Origin: a virus | Lineage: Duplodnaviria > Caudoviricetes | Virus record (IMG/VR): IMGVR_UViG_3300036861_001161 | Coordinates: 1,499 to 65,498 of that record | Length of the DNA: 64,000 nucleotides | Strand: one strand, 5' to 3' | Part shown: positions 46,225-55,225 of the stretch, in pieces | Numbering within the stretch: the first letter of the stretch is position 1 | Layout: every line of letters starts with the position of its first letter | Made by a program: the position numbers and the translations under genes | The notes under the pieces: model-generated | Database searches by the model: none | Told to the model about the DNA's origin: nothing | The model's input: only the letters and a program-made list of their open reading frames with translations

Positions 46225-46824
46225 CTACGGACTGCATGCAGTATTCGAATATGGTCCGACTATAGCGCCCGTCGTCACCGCCATCCGGTAGCAATAGTTT
46301 TCTGTCGGGAGCACCATCGTATCGATCCATGACCGATCAGTGAGCGCTAAGGACGCCACCAGCTCCATCGTACACGGTTGCGGGGCTACGCACCGTTCCA
46401 TCCGGAAGGCATCCCCCTCACCACCACCCCAGGTCCATTCGACGGTAATCGGCCCTGGAGGCGGCGGGGGCGAGGTCAGCGTCACGGTCAGCGCGTCGGT
46501 CTTCGTGTTACCCGCCGCATCTCGCGCGGTCACCGTGACGATATTCGTCCCCAGTTGAAGCGCCACGGAGGCCGACCAGCTGGTAGTCCCTGCCGCCGTC
46601 CCGCTCCCGCCTCGGTCATTCACCCACGTCACTTGCGTGACCCCGACATTGTCGGACGCAGTCCCTCCGATCAGGAGCGGCGTCGTGGATGTTGTGTAGG
46701 TTGGCGATGACGTCGGGGTCATGATCGCGATCGTCGGTTTCTGGTGATCCACCGCCTTCGCTGAGCGGGCCGCGAGCGGCAGCACCGTCCCAAGCATAAG
46801 CATGATCCACGTCAAGATCCGCAT
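46225..46824 (-). CDS. Secreted Ig-like plus FN3 protein
   Basis: Signal peptide, D..KPTIAI..PT...GTASDNVGVTQVTW.N..GGSG.A.GT..WS..V.L..G.N..TVTARDAAGN Ig fold, and C-terminal FN3 with YCYR...YSN.AC. Confidence 0.8.
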   Translation of the reverse strand: MRILTWIMLMLGTVLPLAARSAKAVDHQKPTIAIMTPTSSPTYTTSTTPLLIGGTASDNVGVTQVTWVNDRGGSGTAAGTTSWSASVALQLGTNIVTVTARDAAGNTKTDALTVTLTSPPPPPGPITVEWTWGGGEGDAFRMERCVAPQPCTMELVASLALTDRSWIDTMVLPTENYCYRMAVTTGAIVGPYSNTACSP

Positions 46825-48116
46825 TAGCGTATGATCCTCACAATGGTCGGCACGCTGCTGCCACTTACGACAAACTCATAGGCGCCAATGTCATACGCTA
46901 AGCCTTGCGGTCGTGTCACTCCGTCAAAATCTGTGGTAAAGACCCCACTTAAATTGAATCCAGCATCAAGAGCATCACTACCAGATTGAAGATGAAAGTC
47001 ATTTCCAGCAGCATTCACAAACGCTGGGTTGCCTCCTGTGCATAAGCCTGATAACGTAGCATTACATAAGTTATTTGACAGCGTGGTACTCACGCCGTCA
47101 TCAACCATATTGGTGGCATTATTGTAATAGATATTGTTCCTAATAACAGTGCCGGAAGCACTTCCCTGCACCTCTATACCAAGGGTGGTATTATTATAAA
47201 CTGTATTATTGTAGACTTGATTATTCGTAGAACCGGTGGCGAAGGCGACGAGCATGCCTTTGATGTTTCCATAGACGATATTGTTGTATGCTTGATTATT
47301 ACTTCCAGAGGAAAGAATAAAAGCTGACCATTCTGTTCCTCCCCGAGCATCAGGAAAGAATCCATTACCATGGAAGATATTATTGCGAATGATATTATCA
47401 CTGACATCTGTATGACCTGTATTAAAAAGATGAAGGCCATATCCTCCATTATCGTATATCTCATTCCCCTCAAAAAGATTATCATGTCCAGTGACATAGA
47501 GCCCGTAACAATCGGCAAAAGCCTGTTCCGTGCACGGGGTATTCCCACCAAAATAACCAGCGTCATGAATCTTGGTATTGAGAACCTCAAAGAAATAACA
47601 ACCCGAAATGATATTTTGCTCTCTAGCATTCTTGATTTCACTATTACTAATGCGGATATTATTGCTGTCATTACCGGTCGCAAAGCCATTCGCTTTACCG
47701 GAAGCGTCAAGTACAACATTATTAATGACAAAATACGTCACAGGAGCCCCTGCGCCAAAAGTAATAACCCCGTCACTGGCGCCGGTAATCGTCACGGTCT
47801 CACCAGTATATCCTGACATGGTCACTGGATTATTCCAATCAGTCCCATTGGGAACGGTTTGTCCTTGGGAATAAATCCGCTCGGCATACGTGCCACTTCG
47901 AATGTACAGCGTATCGCCTGGGCTGAGACATGGTAAGCCACTGGCAATAGTCAGCTTTGAATTACTACTTGTACAGGCACTTGGAGCCGTACTACATGTC
48001 GCATTGGCACATGTAACGCCATCAGAGCCTTGCTTCGAAACATAATAGGTTACCGCTTCGGCATCAATGGTGATCATCAGAAGAAGAAAGGCGAGAATAC
48101 TGCTGTGAATTTTCAT
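46824..48116 (-). CDS. Secreted right-handed beta-helix protein (pectin-lyase-like fold)
   Basis: Signal peptide ending AEA-V, TYYVS..GSD, PGDTLYIRSGTY.E, Asn-rich NNI/NNT repeats, and DFHLQSGS.ALDAG...DFDG.TRPQG.AYDIGAYEF. Confidence 0.85.
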   Translation of the reverse strand: MKIHSSILAFLLLMITIDAEAVTYYVSKQGSDGVTCANATCSTAPSACTSSNSKLTIASGLPCLSPGDTLYIRSGTYAERIYSQGQTVPNGTDWNNPVTMSGYTGETVTITGASDGVITFGAGAPVTYFVINNVVLDASGKANGFATGNDSNNIRISNSEIKNAREQNIISGCYFFEVLNTKIHDAGYFGGNTPCTEQAFADCYGLYVTGHDNLFEGNEIYDNGGYGLHLFNTGHTDVSDNIIRNNIFHGNGFFPDARGGTEWSAFILSSGSNNQAYNNIVYGNIKGMLVAFATGSTNNQVYNNTVYNNTTLGIEVQGSASGTVIRNNIYYNNATNMVDDGVSTTLSNNLCNATLSGLCTGGNPAFVNAAGNDFHLQSGSDALDAGFNLSGVFTTDFDGVTRPQGLAYDIGAYEFVVSGSSVPTIVRIIR

Positions 48117-48120
48117 GCGA

Positions 48121-48780
48121 CTAATTCCCACTATTGCACTGAAAGTTGTCAACACTATTCGTGGCACTAAAGACGGACATCCCCGCATGGGTTTGGGTAA
48201 CTAATCTCGCTGCAGCCGTGTCGGATATGACGCCGTTGGTTCCTAAGATGGTGTCCAAAGACCCGTTCTTGTACATCGTTAAGGTGACGGTCGCTCCTGT
48301 CCCGGAAACCGTGATTTTCATCGTATCTCCCGTGGCCCATGTGCCTCCTTGCGTATCGAGTAAAGTAAAAGATCCAGCGTTGATCCTATAGACTTGACGA
48401 TCCCCATAGTTATAGGCATAGTAACAATAGCCATCGGCTTGTGTTAAGCTGACACGTACACATACCCCGACATTCTCAGTGCTGGTAAACGTCCCGATGG
48501 TCACTTGTCCGTAATGGGTCGTGGTCAGATCATTGGGATTCCATGCGGCGAGCGTATCTTGACCAGCGGTTCCTGTGGCCGCATTGCTCGCCACGTTCAT
48601 CGTGCTGAGGACATTGGTCCAATTCGTTCCGAGACCACCATTCGCCCGGTTGAAGTCGTCCGTAAATGGACCACCTGCTGCTACAGCAATAGGAGCGCGT
48701 CGTTTGACGAGCATATCCGCATGAAGACTGAGTGGACTTATGCAGATGACGAGGAGGACCACCCATCGGACATATCGCAT
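48121..48780 (-). CDS. Secreted concanavalin-A-like lectin domain protein
   Basis: Signal peptide, then FTDDFNRANG.LG.NW...GVCVR......GY...L.MYKNG...G.S......VDNF. Confidence 0.75.
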   Translation of the reverse strand: MRYVRWVVLLVICISPLSLHADMLVKRRAPIAVAAGGPFTDDFNRANGGLGTNWTNVLSTMNVASNAATGTAGQDTLAAWNPNDLTTTHYGQVTIGTFTSTENVGVCVRVSLTQADGYCYYAYNYGDRQVYRINAGSFTLLDTQGGTWATGDTMKITVSGTGATVTLTMYKNGSLDTILGTNGVISDTAAARLVTQTHAGMSVFSATNSVDNFQCNSGN

Positions 48781-49952
48781 TACTGCGCTCTCCTCATGGT
48801 GAGTTCGACTCCACTGAGCCGCGCCACTGACGCGCCCGCAAGCGTGTCTGAGGCATGGGCGGGATCACGCAACACCCGCACATGCATCAATTCGCCTGCC
48901 GCACAGCCGGTCGTGGTGATACCTGTAACAGACGCCATATTCCATTGATTCGTCGTGGCTTTCGCCGTGGAGGTGACCGTCGAGGCCGTGTTGAAGGCCG
49001 TTGAGTTACTTTCTTCTTCGGCATCAGCGAGGCAAGACGTGGCGATTTGCCATACGACGGCATTTGCAATCACGGTAGTACGCCAAACAAACTTGGCATC
49101 TATCGTCCCCGACCAATCACTCGGTAATAACAGCGTCTGTTGCATGGAGAGGCTTCCGCTGTCAGTGGCAAAATCCGCGACCCCACTTTGGAGATTCGTA
49201 AAAGTGAGACAAGCCGCAACGGCAGGACTCGCGGTGGGTGTATCCCAGATCAGCGTGGCCGTAGTATTCTGGCAAACCGCAGCGGGGAGCCAGATCTTGG
49301 AGACTGTCGTGAGCACGTTGCCCGTGCCTTCGGCATCGTAGGTTTTGCCCGTCAGGGTCTGGGTATCCGTCGTGCCGACGACAGCTCCACTCGGTGCAGT
49401 CACCGTTCCCAAGACGCCGGATGCCAGGGTCGCCAATCCCGTGCCCGTCGCCCGCTTCCCCGTTTTGCCGGCAGTACCTGAAAACAGCATGACTTCACTG
49501 TCGACCGAGGTGGCCGTGTTGCTCGAAAAATCTCCGGCGCCGCCCAGTTGTGACTGCATCTGGAAATTATCAGCAGTACTGTCATAGACCACCGTGATAT
49601 ATTGCCCCGCCCGAATGTCATTATCCGCGAGTGTGGTGGCCAGGCCGCCGACGACTTTCACAATCGTTTTGACGCCGACGCCATTCAGATTGAGCGTGGC
49701 GGCGCCCACGTTGGCATTGGGGGCCTTAAACTGATACTGCGCGCCCGTGATGTAGGTGGTAATGGGTGGCACGAGCGCGCAGGCATAGGCATCCCCCGTA
49801 CTGGTGTCCGTGACACAGGTATTGAGGGTACCAACGAGGACGCGATCACCATTTATTAATTGAGATTGTCCTCGAGCATGAGAGGGGAAGAGGACAACCA
49901 GGAGCGCAAGCCAGAGCCATCGTTGAACCATCATCGCGCGCCCATGCTCCAT
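48780..49952 (-). CDS. Tail-fibre-like protein with Sec signal peptide (QLING family, paralogue 3)
   Basis: WLWLALLVVLFPSHARG-QSQLINGDR, VGTTDTQTLT.KT shaft motif, and a C-terminal domain homologous to that of 13230-15560. Confidence 0.8.
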   Translation of the reverse strand: MEHGRAMMVQRWLWLALLVVLFPSHARGQSQLINGDRVLVGTLNTCVTDTSTGDAYACALVPPITTYITGAQYQFKAPNANVGAATLNLNGVGVKTIVKVVGGLATTLADNDIRAGQYITVVYDSTADNFQMQSQLGGAGDFSSNTATSVDSEVMLFSGTAGKTGKRATGTGLATLASGVLGTVTAPSGAVVGTTDTQTLTGKTYDAEGTGNVLTTVSKIWLPAAVCQNTTATLIWDTPTASPAVAACLTFTNLQSGVADFATDSGSLSMQQTLLLPSDWSGTIDAKFVWRTTVIANAVVWQIATSCLADAEEESNSTAFNTASTVTSTAKATTNQWNMASVTGITTTGCAAGELMHVRVLRDPAHASDTLAGASVARLSGVELTMRRAQ

Positions 49953-50066
49953 CAGTATCTCCTCAGCGAATAAGCCACAAAATGACCGGCGCGACCCATT
50001 TTTTGATGGTCTTGGCGGCCAACCCATTCAGGGCTAACGTCGCCTGCCCGGTGCAAGAAGGACGAG

Positions 50067-50798
50067 TCATCGCAGCACCCGCCAGTTTAAAGTGACGGCT
50101 CCTGGTGTTATACTAGAGCTAGTTGCATTGCAAACTTTGAAATTAACAGTATTAGAAGTAGGGTACACATCGATCCTCAACGTCCCCGTGGTGGCCGGGG
50201 TATATCCTGTAACTGCCGTCACATTCCCATTGAAACTGGCGAGCACGACATCTGTGGTCAACGTCCCGGTCGCCGTGGCCGTGACTAACGCCGGCTCCCC
50301 CGAGTCACCCGTACATTTGGCCGAGGAAAGCGCGCTTGTGCCGAGGGCTGTCGCCCCACTCGCAATCGTGGTAGGCACATTCCCCGACTGCGAGAGCATT
50401 TGCATATTGGTGCCATCGTAGATCACATCAACGATCTGGCCAGCCCGGATATCTCCTGCGATCAGGTCGGTGGTAATGCTCCCGGTAAGCTTCTTGATCG
50501 TCTTGACGCCCAGGCTATTCAAATTGAGGGACGCCGCGCCGGTATTCGTCGTAAACGGTTTGAACGTGTACCGCGTCCCTATCCTATAGCCAGCAATGGC
50601 TGGCACCAGGGGACAGCGATAGGTATTGACATTCGTATCGTCATCGCTCGCCTCGGCACAATAATTGAGGCTTCCCGTAATAATGCGAGAGCCATTTATT
50701 AGTTGAGATTGTCCTATGCTATATTGCGGGATGAGACAAGCAAGAAAAATGCAGAAAAGCGTCTGATATGCTATAGTACGTAGATATGGCTTACGCAA
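50067..50798 (-). CDS. Tail-fibre-like protein with Sec signal peptide (QLING family, paralogue 4)
   Basis: TTG start after GAGGG, then TLFCIFLACLIPQYSIG-QSQLINGSR and NTGAASLNLNSLGVKTIKK. Confidence 0.75.
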   Translation of the reverse strand: MRKPYLRTIAYQTLFCIFLACLIPQYSIGQSQLINGSRIITGSLNYCAEASDDDTNVNTYRCPLVPAIAGYRIGTRYTFKPFTTNTGAASLNLNSLGVKTIKKLTGSITTDLIAGDIRAGQIVDVIYDGTNMQMLSQSGNVPTTIASGATALGTSALSSAKCTGDSGEPALVTATATGTLTTDVVLASFNGNVTAVTGYTPATTGTLRIDVYPTSNTVNFKVCNATSSSITPGAVTLNWRVLR

Positions 50799-50862
50799 AA
50801 ACCCTCGCGCTGTGCAACCAGCCGAGGGCATGGCACCAGACTTCTGGGATAGAGAAGCACCG

Positions 50863-51537
50863 ATGCGAGACAAGTCTACCATACTACGCCCCACGACGAA
50901 AGATCTCACCGGACAATCCTTTGGCGGCTGGACCGTTGTTGACTTTGCAGGCTATGTCCATGGAAATAACTGCTGGGCATGCCAATGCTGTTGCGGTACA
51001 ACCCGCAATGTTCTCGGATTTTCTCTCCGCAATGGACGTTCTCAGTCATGTGGATGCCTTGGCCATATCAAAACAGGGCAATCTGCCAAAACGCATGGAC
51101 AAAGCCGTACTCCTGAATACCGAGTCTGGCAACAGATGCTTCAACGCTGCGAAAATCCCATGGCTCAGGGATATCAACTTTATGGCGCCAGGGGGATTGC
51201 CGTCTGTGAGACATGGCATGACTTCATGACCTTCTATACTGATCTTGGTCCGCGCCCTTCGTCTAGACATAGTCTTGAGAGAAAGAATAATGCTCATGGA
51301 TATACTCCTGATAACTGCATATGGGCAACAGCGCTTGTGCAAAGTCGCAATACAAGAAGGAATATCCTTATTACTTATAATGGCATCACTCAATGTCTCC
51401 AACAATGGTCTCTATCTACAGGTATCCTCGCTGATACAATAGGACGTCGGTTAAAACATGGATGGCCAATCAAAGAAGCATTAACTCTTATGCCATCACA
51501 TTCTAACAAGTCTAAAGCTTTGTTTAAATCGCCTTAG
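50863..51537 (+). CDS. Free-standing HNH-like phage endonuclease
   Basis: DLTGQ.FG.WTV...W.C.C.CG...LR.G.SQSCGC...HG.S.TPEY.VW..M.QRC.NP...YGARGI.VC..W..F...SLER.NN..GY.P.NC.WAT. Confidence 0.85.
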   Translation: MRDKSTILRPTTKDLTGQSFGGWTVVDFAGYVHGNNCWACQCCCGTTRNVLGFSLRNGRSQSCGCLGHIKTGQSAKTHGQSRTPEYRVWQQMLQRCENPMAQGYQLYGARGIAVCETWHDFMTFYTDLGPRPSSRHSLERKNNAHGYTPDNCIWATALVQSRNTRRNILITYNGITQCLQQWSLSTGILADTIGRRLKHGWPIKEALTLMPSHSNKSKALFKSP

Positions 51538-51940
51538 CGCACCTCACGTTGAACACAATGACGGGTCGACTCATTTGGTCACTATGAAGGAAAAAGGGAC
51601 TTTGCAACGCTTGCACGAATAAATAAAATGTCCCATTGATGGTTATATTACTGAGACCATCCAAGGCCAGAAACGCCGCCTGGGCACGCGCTCTGGCCTC
51701 AGCATAGTCGTAAGGCGCACCTCTTACGACTACTTGAACTACTGGCTGCTCAAAGGAGGCCTGCTGAATATTGTGTATATGAAATGGTGGCAGACCTGCA
51801 CTTTCGATGATGGCCATAATCGCATCATGCACCGGCGCGAGAGGCGAATCCATCGGCAGCCCGCCCTTGAACAGATCGGTCTGGAGCGTGGCCACGCCCT
51901 GCGCTTGCAGGTAACTCCCCAGGTCGTCCAGCAGCGCCAT
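51524..51940 (-). CDS. Tail terminator / minor capsid-3-like protein
   Basis: L.DLGSYL...G......DLF.G.LP...E.P.VQVVVRG..YDY..A...A....ALDG...ALQSP..L..D...RP...FN. Confidence 0.8.
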   Translation of the reverse strand: MALLDDLGSYLQAQGVATLQTDLFKGGLPMDSPLAPVHDAIMAIIESAGLPPFHIHNIQQASFEQPVVQVVVRGAPYDYAEARARAQAAFLALDGLSNITINGTFYLFVQALQSPFFLHSDQMSRPVIVFNVRCAKAI

Positions 51941-52209
51941 TACTCCTCCACCGGTGGCCGCACATGCCGCGTGAGTACCAGGTCGATTTCCTTCTGGATC
52001 ACGCCATCCTGGACGGCAAAGCGCACCACCACCTCCACATGCATCCCCCGCCGCAAGATCTGCGGCATCTGTTCTTCGAGCAGCGCTACGAGGAACCGCC
52101 GCTGCGCCTGGTTCTGTGGACGCTCCAGGAGGAGTTCCTGGCGTGCGTCCGTGAGCGGCTGGATCGGGCGGCCGTAACTGTCACGCCGCGACTGGGGCAG
52201 GGCCATCAC
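51940..52209 (-). CDS. Small hypothetical protein
   Basis: Overlaps both neighbours. G...V.V...VQDG.I motif. Confidence 0.5.
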   Translation of the reverse strand: MMALPQSRRDSYGRPIQPLTDARQELLLERPQNQAQRRFLVALLEEQMPQILRRGMHVEVVVRFAVQDGVIQKEIDLVLTRHVRPPVEE

Positions 52210-52595
52210 ACGCCTCCCAGGTGTTGACGGATCGCAGCAGCTAAACGTTCAGCCATCCCTTGAGTGGCCTCGAAAAACGGTTGTTGTAGATAAAAAGCCT
52301 GGCCCACAGGATGGTGTACATCAGTCCTAAAATGCACGACTGCGGCATACGGTGCCAGCCCATTGCCGCCATAGCTGAGTTTTACCACCGACTCAGGGCC
52401 CGGCGCGCTCTCAGTCTCGACGCGACCTGTGCTCTTAAGTAAACCAGTGTCAACCGGAACAAGAGGCTGACTGGCCGCCATGATGCGCGTGGCTTCCTCA
52501 TAGATCGCCTGAGCGGCAGCAGCCAGCACGCCAGCGGGCATCGTAGCGAGCTTCTGCTGGAGACCTTCGATACCTTCAAGATCGAGAACTGCCAC
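52206..52595 (-). CDS. HK97 gp10-like tail completion protein
   Basis: LEGIEGL...SQPLVPVDTGLLKSTG...APYA..VH......H..GQA.YL.QP. Confidence 0.85.
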   Translation of the reverse strand: MAVLDLEGIEGLQQKLATMPAGVLAAAAQAIYEEATRIMAASQPLVPVDTGLLKSTGRVETESAPGPESVVKLSYGGNGLAPYAAVVHFRTDVHHPVGQAFYLQQPFFEATQGMAERLAAAIRQHLGGV

Positions 52596-52869
52596 AACGT
52601 CTCCGTATTGTAATCTGTTCTAAGAGCGCCGTAGCTATCGCTTCATCATCATCATCCCTAAAGGGATTATCTGGTACTGTTTTCATAACGGCGATGGCGT
52701 GCCTGACCCATGCTGTCGCATCCCGGGCATGGCGTTGTATGCGTTCCGGCGTGGTGATAGCACATACCCCGGCCATGAACGGATCTTCAACACCAATGGG
52801 GATCGCTACGCCGGCCATCCGTGCAGCAATAAGACGTTTCACCGCTAGTCCCATAGACGTTAACTCCAA
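52576..52869 (-). CDS. Hypothetical protein
   Basis: ORF inserted between head-closure and tail-completion genes. Confidence 0.5.
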   Translation of the reverse strand: MELTSMGLAVKRLIAARMAGVAIPIGVEDPFMAGVCAITTPERIQRHARDATAWVRHAIAVMKTVPDNPFRDDDDEAIATALLEQITIRRRCGSSRS

Positions 52870-53054
52870 GCATCCGCGGCGCGCCGGTTTCTGCGGATGA
52901 GTATCACCATCTCAAAGGCCACATCTTCAGCCATCGCCCACTGATCATAATAACTCGTCACATCAGGACGTATTGCCTGGACCGCGATGTGGATCTCAGC
53001 TACAAACTCCTCAGCGAGCTGCCTGTTTTTCTCATCGGTCATCATGTACGCCAC
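52860..53054 (-). CDS. Hypothetical protein
   Basis: ORF overlapping the head-closure stop codon. Confidence 0.45.
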   Translation of the reverse strand: MAYMMTDEKNRQLAEEFVAEIHIAVQAIRPDVTSYYDQWAMAEDVAFEMVILIRRNRRAADAWS

Positions 53055-53368
53055 TAGAGCGATACCTCATGATGCGACACGTTGCCATCGAGATCCTTCG
53101 GGCTATAGAGCACCAGGATAGGCGGTCTGGTCCCATCGGACAATACAAGCTGATCACGCATATCTATCGTCACGTCCCCATCCAGAAACACCCGGCTACG
53201 GCTCACGCGCTCCTGTCCCGTCGCATCCACGACACGCCGGACCTTATACTCCACACGCGCGGAACGACTCACCGGTGTCGCATAGTTCGGCTTGCCGTAG
53301 GCGTCCTGCCCGGCATAAGCCGCATGCTGGACGGTATCCGTGAACAGGCGCAAGAAAGCTGGATGCAT
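53054..53368 (-). CDS. Head closure (head-tail stopper) protein
   Basis: G.DAYGKP.Y....S..ARVE...R.V.D..G.E.VS....F.....D..D...L.DG. Confidence 0.8.
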   Translation of the reverse strand: MHPAFLRLFTDTVQHAAYAGQDAYGKPNYATPVSRSARVEYKVRRVVDATGQERVSRSRVFLDGDVTIDMRDQLVLSDGTRPPILVLYSPKDLDGNVSHHEVSL

Positions 53369-53380
53369 TGGGTGTCCTTG

Positions 53381-53974
53381 TCAACAGCGGCGCAACGGCA
53401 CCATCGCACTTCCCGCAATCGTCCCATACCATCGCAGCATATGGCGGATGTCCGGGGGGATCATCTGCGCGGCCCTCCAGGACGAGGGACGTGGGGCCTG
53501 CTGAAAGGCGATCGTCGTGTCCCCAAGACTGAGCGAGCGAATGTTCTGCTGGCCATCGAGCGCCTGGACGGACTCGCTCTGATCACGCAACAGGGCGAGC
53601 GCATAGAAGGCCGTGGCCCGCTGAATCACGATCGGAATGGTCTCCTGCGAGACGATACGCCCATATTGGTCCACCTGCCCCGTCATCGGCCAGGCTAAGG
53701 CTTGCGTGCGGGTCAAGGGATGGCCAAACCAGTTGACCTGTTCATCAAGCAGCCGTGTCGCCCAGATGAGAGCAGCCGTCCGGAGTTGCAGATCCTGTTC
53801 CCCATACCAGGCCGCCAGATCGCCCCGCAGCGCGGCCGTCGCACGGCGTGAAGTATCCTCGGGAAAGTTCCATGGTTCCCGATGGAGGCGTTCCGAGAGC
53901 AAGGTATCCGCCTCGATGAGGGTCACGTAACTATTCGCCGTCGGACTAGCGGGGGTCGCATCAAGCACCAGCAC
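53381..53974 (-). CDS. Head-tail connector (DnaT-like family)
   Basis: ANSYVT..EAD...AALI.AT..LD....W.G......QALAWP...IP..I..A....AL. Confidence 0.8.
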   Translation of the reverse strand: MLVLDATPASPTANSYVTLIEADTLLSERLHREPWNFPEDTSRRATAALRGDLAAWYGEQDLQLRTAALIWATRLLDEQVNWFGHPLTRTQALAWPMTGQVDQYGRIVSQETIPIVIQRATAFYALALLRDQSESVQALDGQQNIRSLSLGDTTIAFQQAPRPSSWRAAQMIPPDIRHMLRWYGTIAGSAMVPLRRC

Positions 53975-53982
53975 ACTCCCTC

Positions 53983-54234
53983 TTACGCTGGAATCACGTG
54001 AATACCGACACTGTTGAAGATTCCCACGTCCGTCGCCAAGGTCAGCACGTAATCACCCACCACGTCCGCCACAAATGAGGGCGTGGCCGTCAAGGCATCG
54101 GCCAGCATGCCTGTATATCCGGCAGGGATCACCGTCATAGCCCAACAATACGCATTGGCGCTGGACGCAGAGCCATCCAGGGCCACGGTCGTGCCGGCCG
54201 TCACTTCTTGGGAGAGCCCAGGCAGGGCCGCCAT
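53983..54234 (-). CDS. Stand-alone PKD/Ig-like domain protein
   Basis: AG.TV.LDGSAS....Y.W.....PAG....L......PSFVAD..GDY.L.L. Confidence 0.65.
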   Translation of the reverse strand: MAALPGLSQEVTAGTTVALDGSASSANAYCWAMTVIPAGYTGMLADALTATPSFVADVVGDYVLTLATDVGIFNSVGIHVIPA

Positions 54235-54494
54235 TATTTCTTCTCCGCAGCCGCATGGCTCGCCCGCGCTTCTGCCCGCGTCTCGATATGCGACGCCGCC
54301 GGCTCCGGGGATGCGGCTGGGGCCTTCAGGATGGGCTCCACATAGGGCGGGTAAACACTTGGGTCATACGCCAACCCCTGCGCATATTCCCACGCCGTGG
54401 CACCGGCCCGGTAATCGCGGGCATTGATGATCATGTAGCCTTCCGGGGTATCCGGACGGGAGACCTTTAGGGTTTCCAGCTGGTCATAGGCCAT
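54234..54494 (-). CDS. Small head-associated protein
   Basis: LET.KV.....PEGY.IINA.DY motif, commonly found downstream of capsid genes. AAGGAG RBS. Confidence 0.55.
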   Translation of the reverse strand: MAYDQLETLKVSRPDTPEGYMIINARDYRAGATAWEYAQGLAYDPSVYPPYVEPILKAPAASPEPAASHIETRAEARASHAAAEKK

Positions 54495-54523
54495 AGAACG
54501 TTCCTCCTTGCAGGACAGAAAGA

Positions 54524-55069
54524 TTAGGTAGAGGTCTGCTGTGCTGAACTTTGCCGCCAGACAACGCCATCGCTCATGACCCCAAGACAACTATTCGCCA
54601 GGAGCGCGACGTTCGCCCCGGCTTGCAACATCATCAGGGCATTTTGGTCTATAGTTATGGTATTCGTTGTTCCCACATTACAGACCAACATCATACATCC
54701 CGGCACAGTCGTAGCCGCTGTAATACTATTTGTCGTATCAGTAGTGACCGCACCAGCCGCCGTAATGCGTTTGACGCCCCCACAGGCATCTGCCGCAATC
54801 GTCCCGCCCGCGCCAATGGTCTGCGTGGCGGGCATGATCACCCAGGCCCCGGCGGTCGCAGTGGTCCTGACCGAGGTCACGTCACTGCCACCGACCTGCA
54901 CGACGCCGGTACTGGGGGTGCTCATACCGGAGAGCTTGGTTTCGCCCAGGACTAATCCGGTAACGAACTGAAAGATATCAGTGCGGCGATAATACTCCTG
55001 GGCGACCAGGTAGCTACTGGTGAGCAGGACTGCCAGCAGGGCGAGGGAGAGAATGGTTTTTCGCGGCAT
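54524..55069 (-). CDS. Head decoration/fibre-like protein with signal peptide
   Basis: MPRKTILSLALLAVLLTSSYLVA-Q, and a C-terminal beta domain (NVGT.NTITI...L......DG.VW.Q). First structural gene after the capsid. Confidence 0.6.
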   Translation of the reverse strand: MPRKTILSLALLAVLLTSSYLVAQEYYRRTDIFQFVTGLVLGETKLSGMSTPSTGVVQVGGSDVTSVRTTATAGAWVIMPATQTIGAGGTIAADACGGVKRITAAGAVTTDTTNSITAATTVPGCMMLVCNVGTTNTITIDQNALMMLQAGANVALLANSCLGVMSDGVVWRQSSAQQTST

Positions 55070-55118
55070 AGATGTCCTTTCTGCGCTCTTAAGAGAGTCC
55101 ATAGCCGTGCAGACAACG

Positions 55119-55156
55119 AAAAAAGGGACGTCAGGCAGGTGCACCTGAACGTCCCT
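55119..55156 (-). terminator. Intrinsic terminator nested within a longer stem (55099-55111 pairs with 55196-55208)
   Basis: AGGGACGTTCAGG...CCTGACGTCCCT stem followed by a T tract. Outer inverted repeat ATAGCCGTGCA/TGCACGGCTAT. Confidence 0.7.
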
Positions 55157-55225
55157 AAAGACGATGTGCATGATCACGCTAGCTAGGCGAGACTATGCAC
55201 GGCTATAGAGTTGTATCGACTGAAC

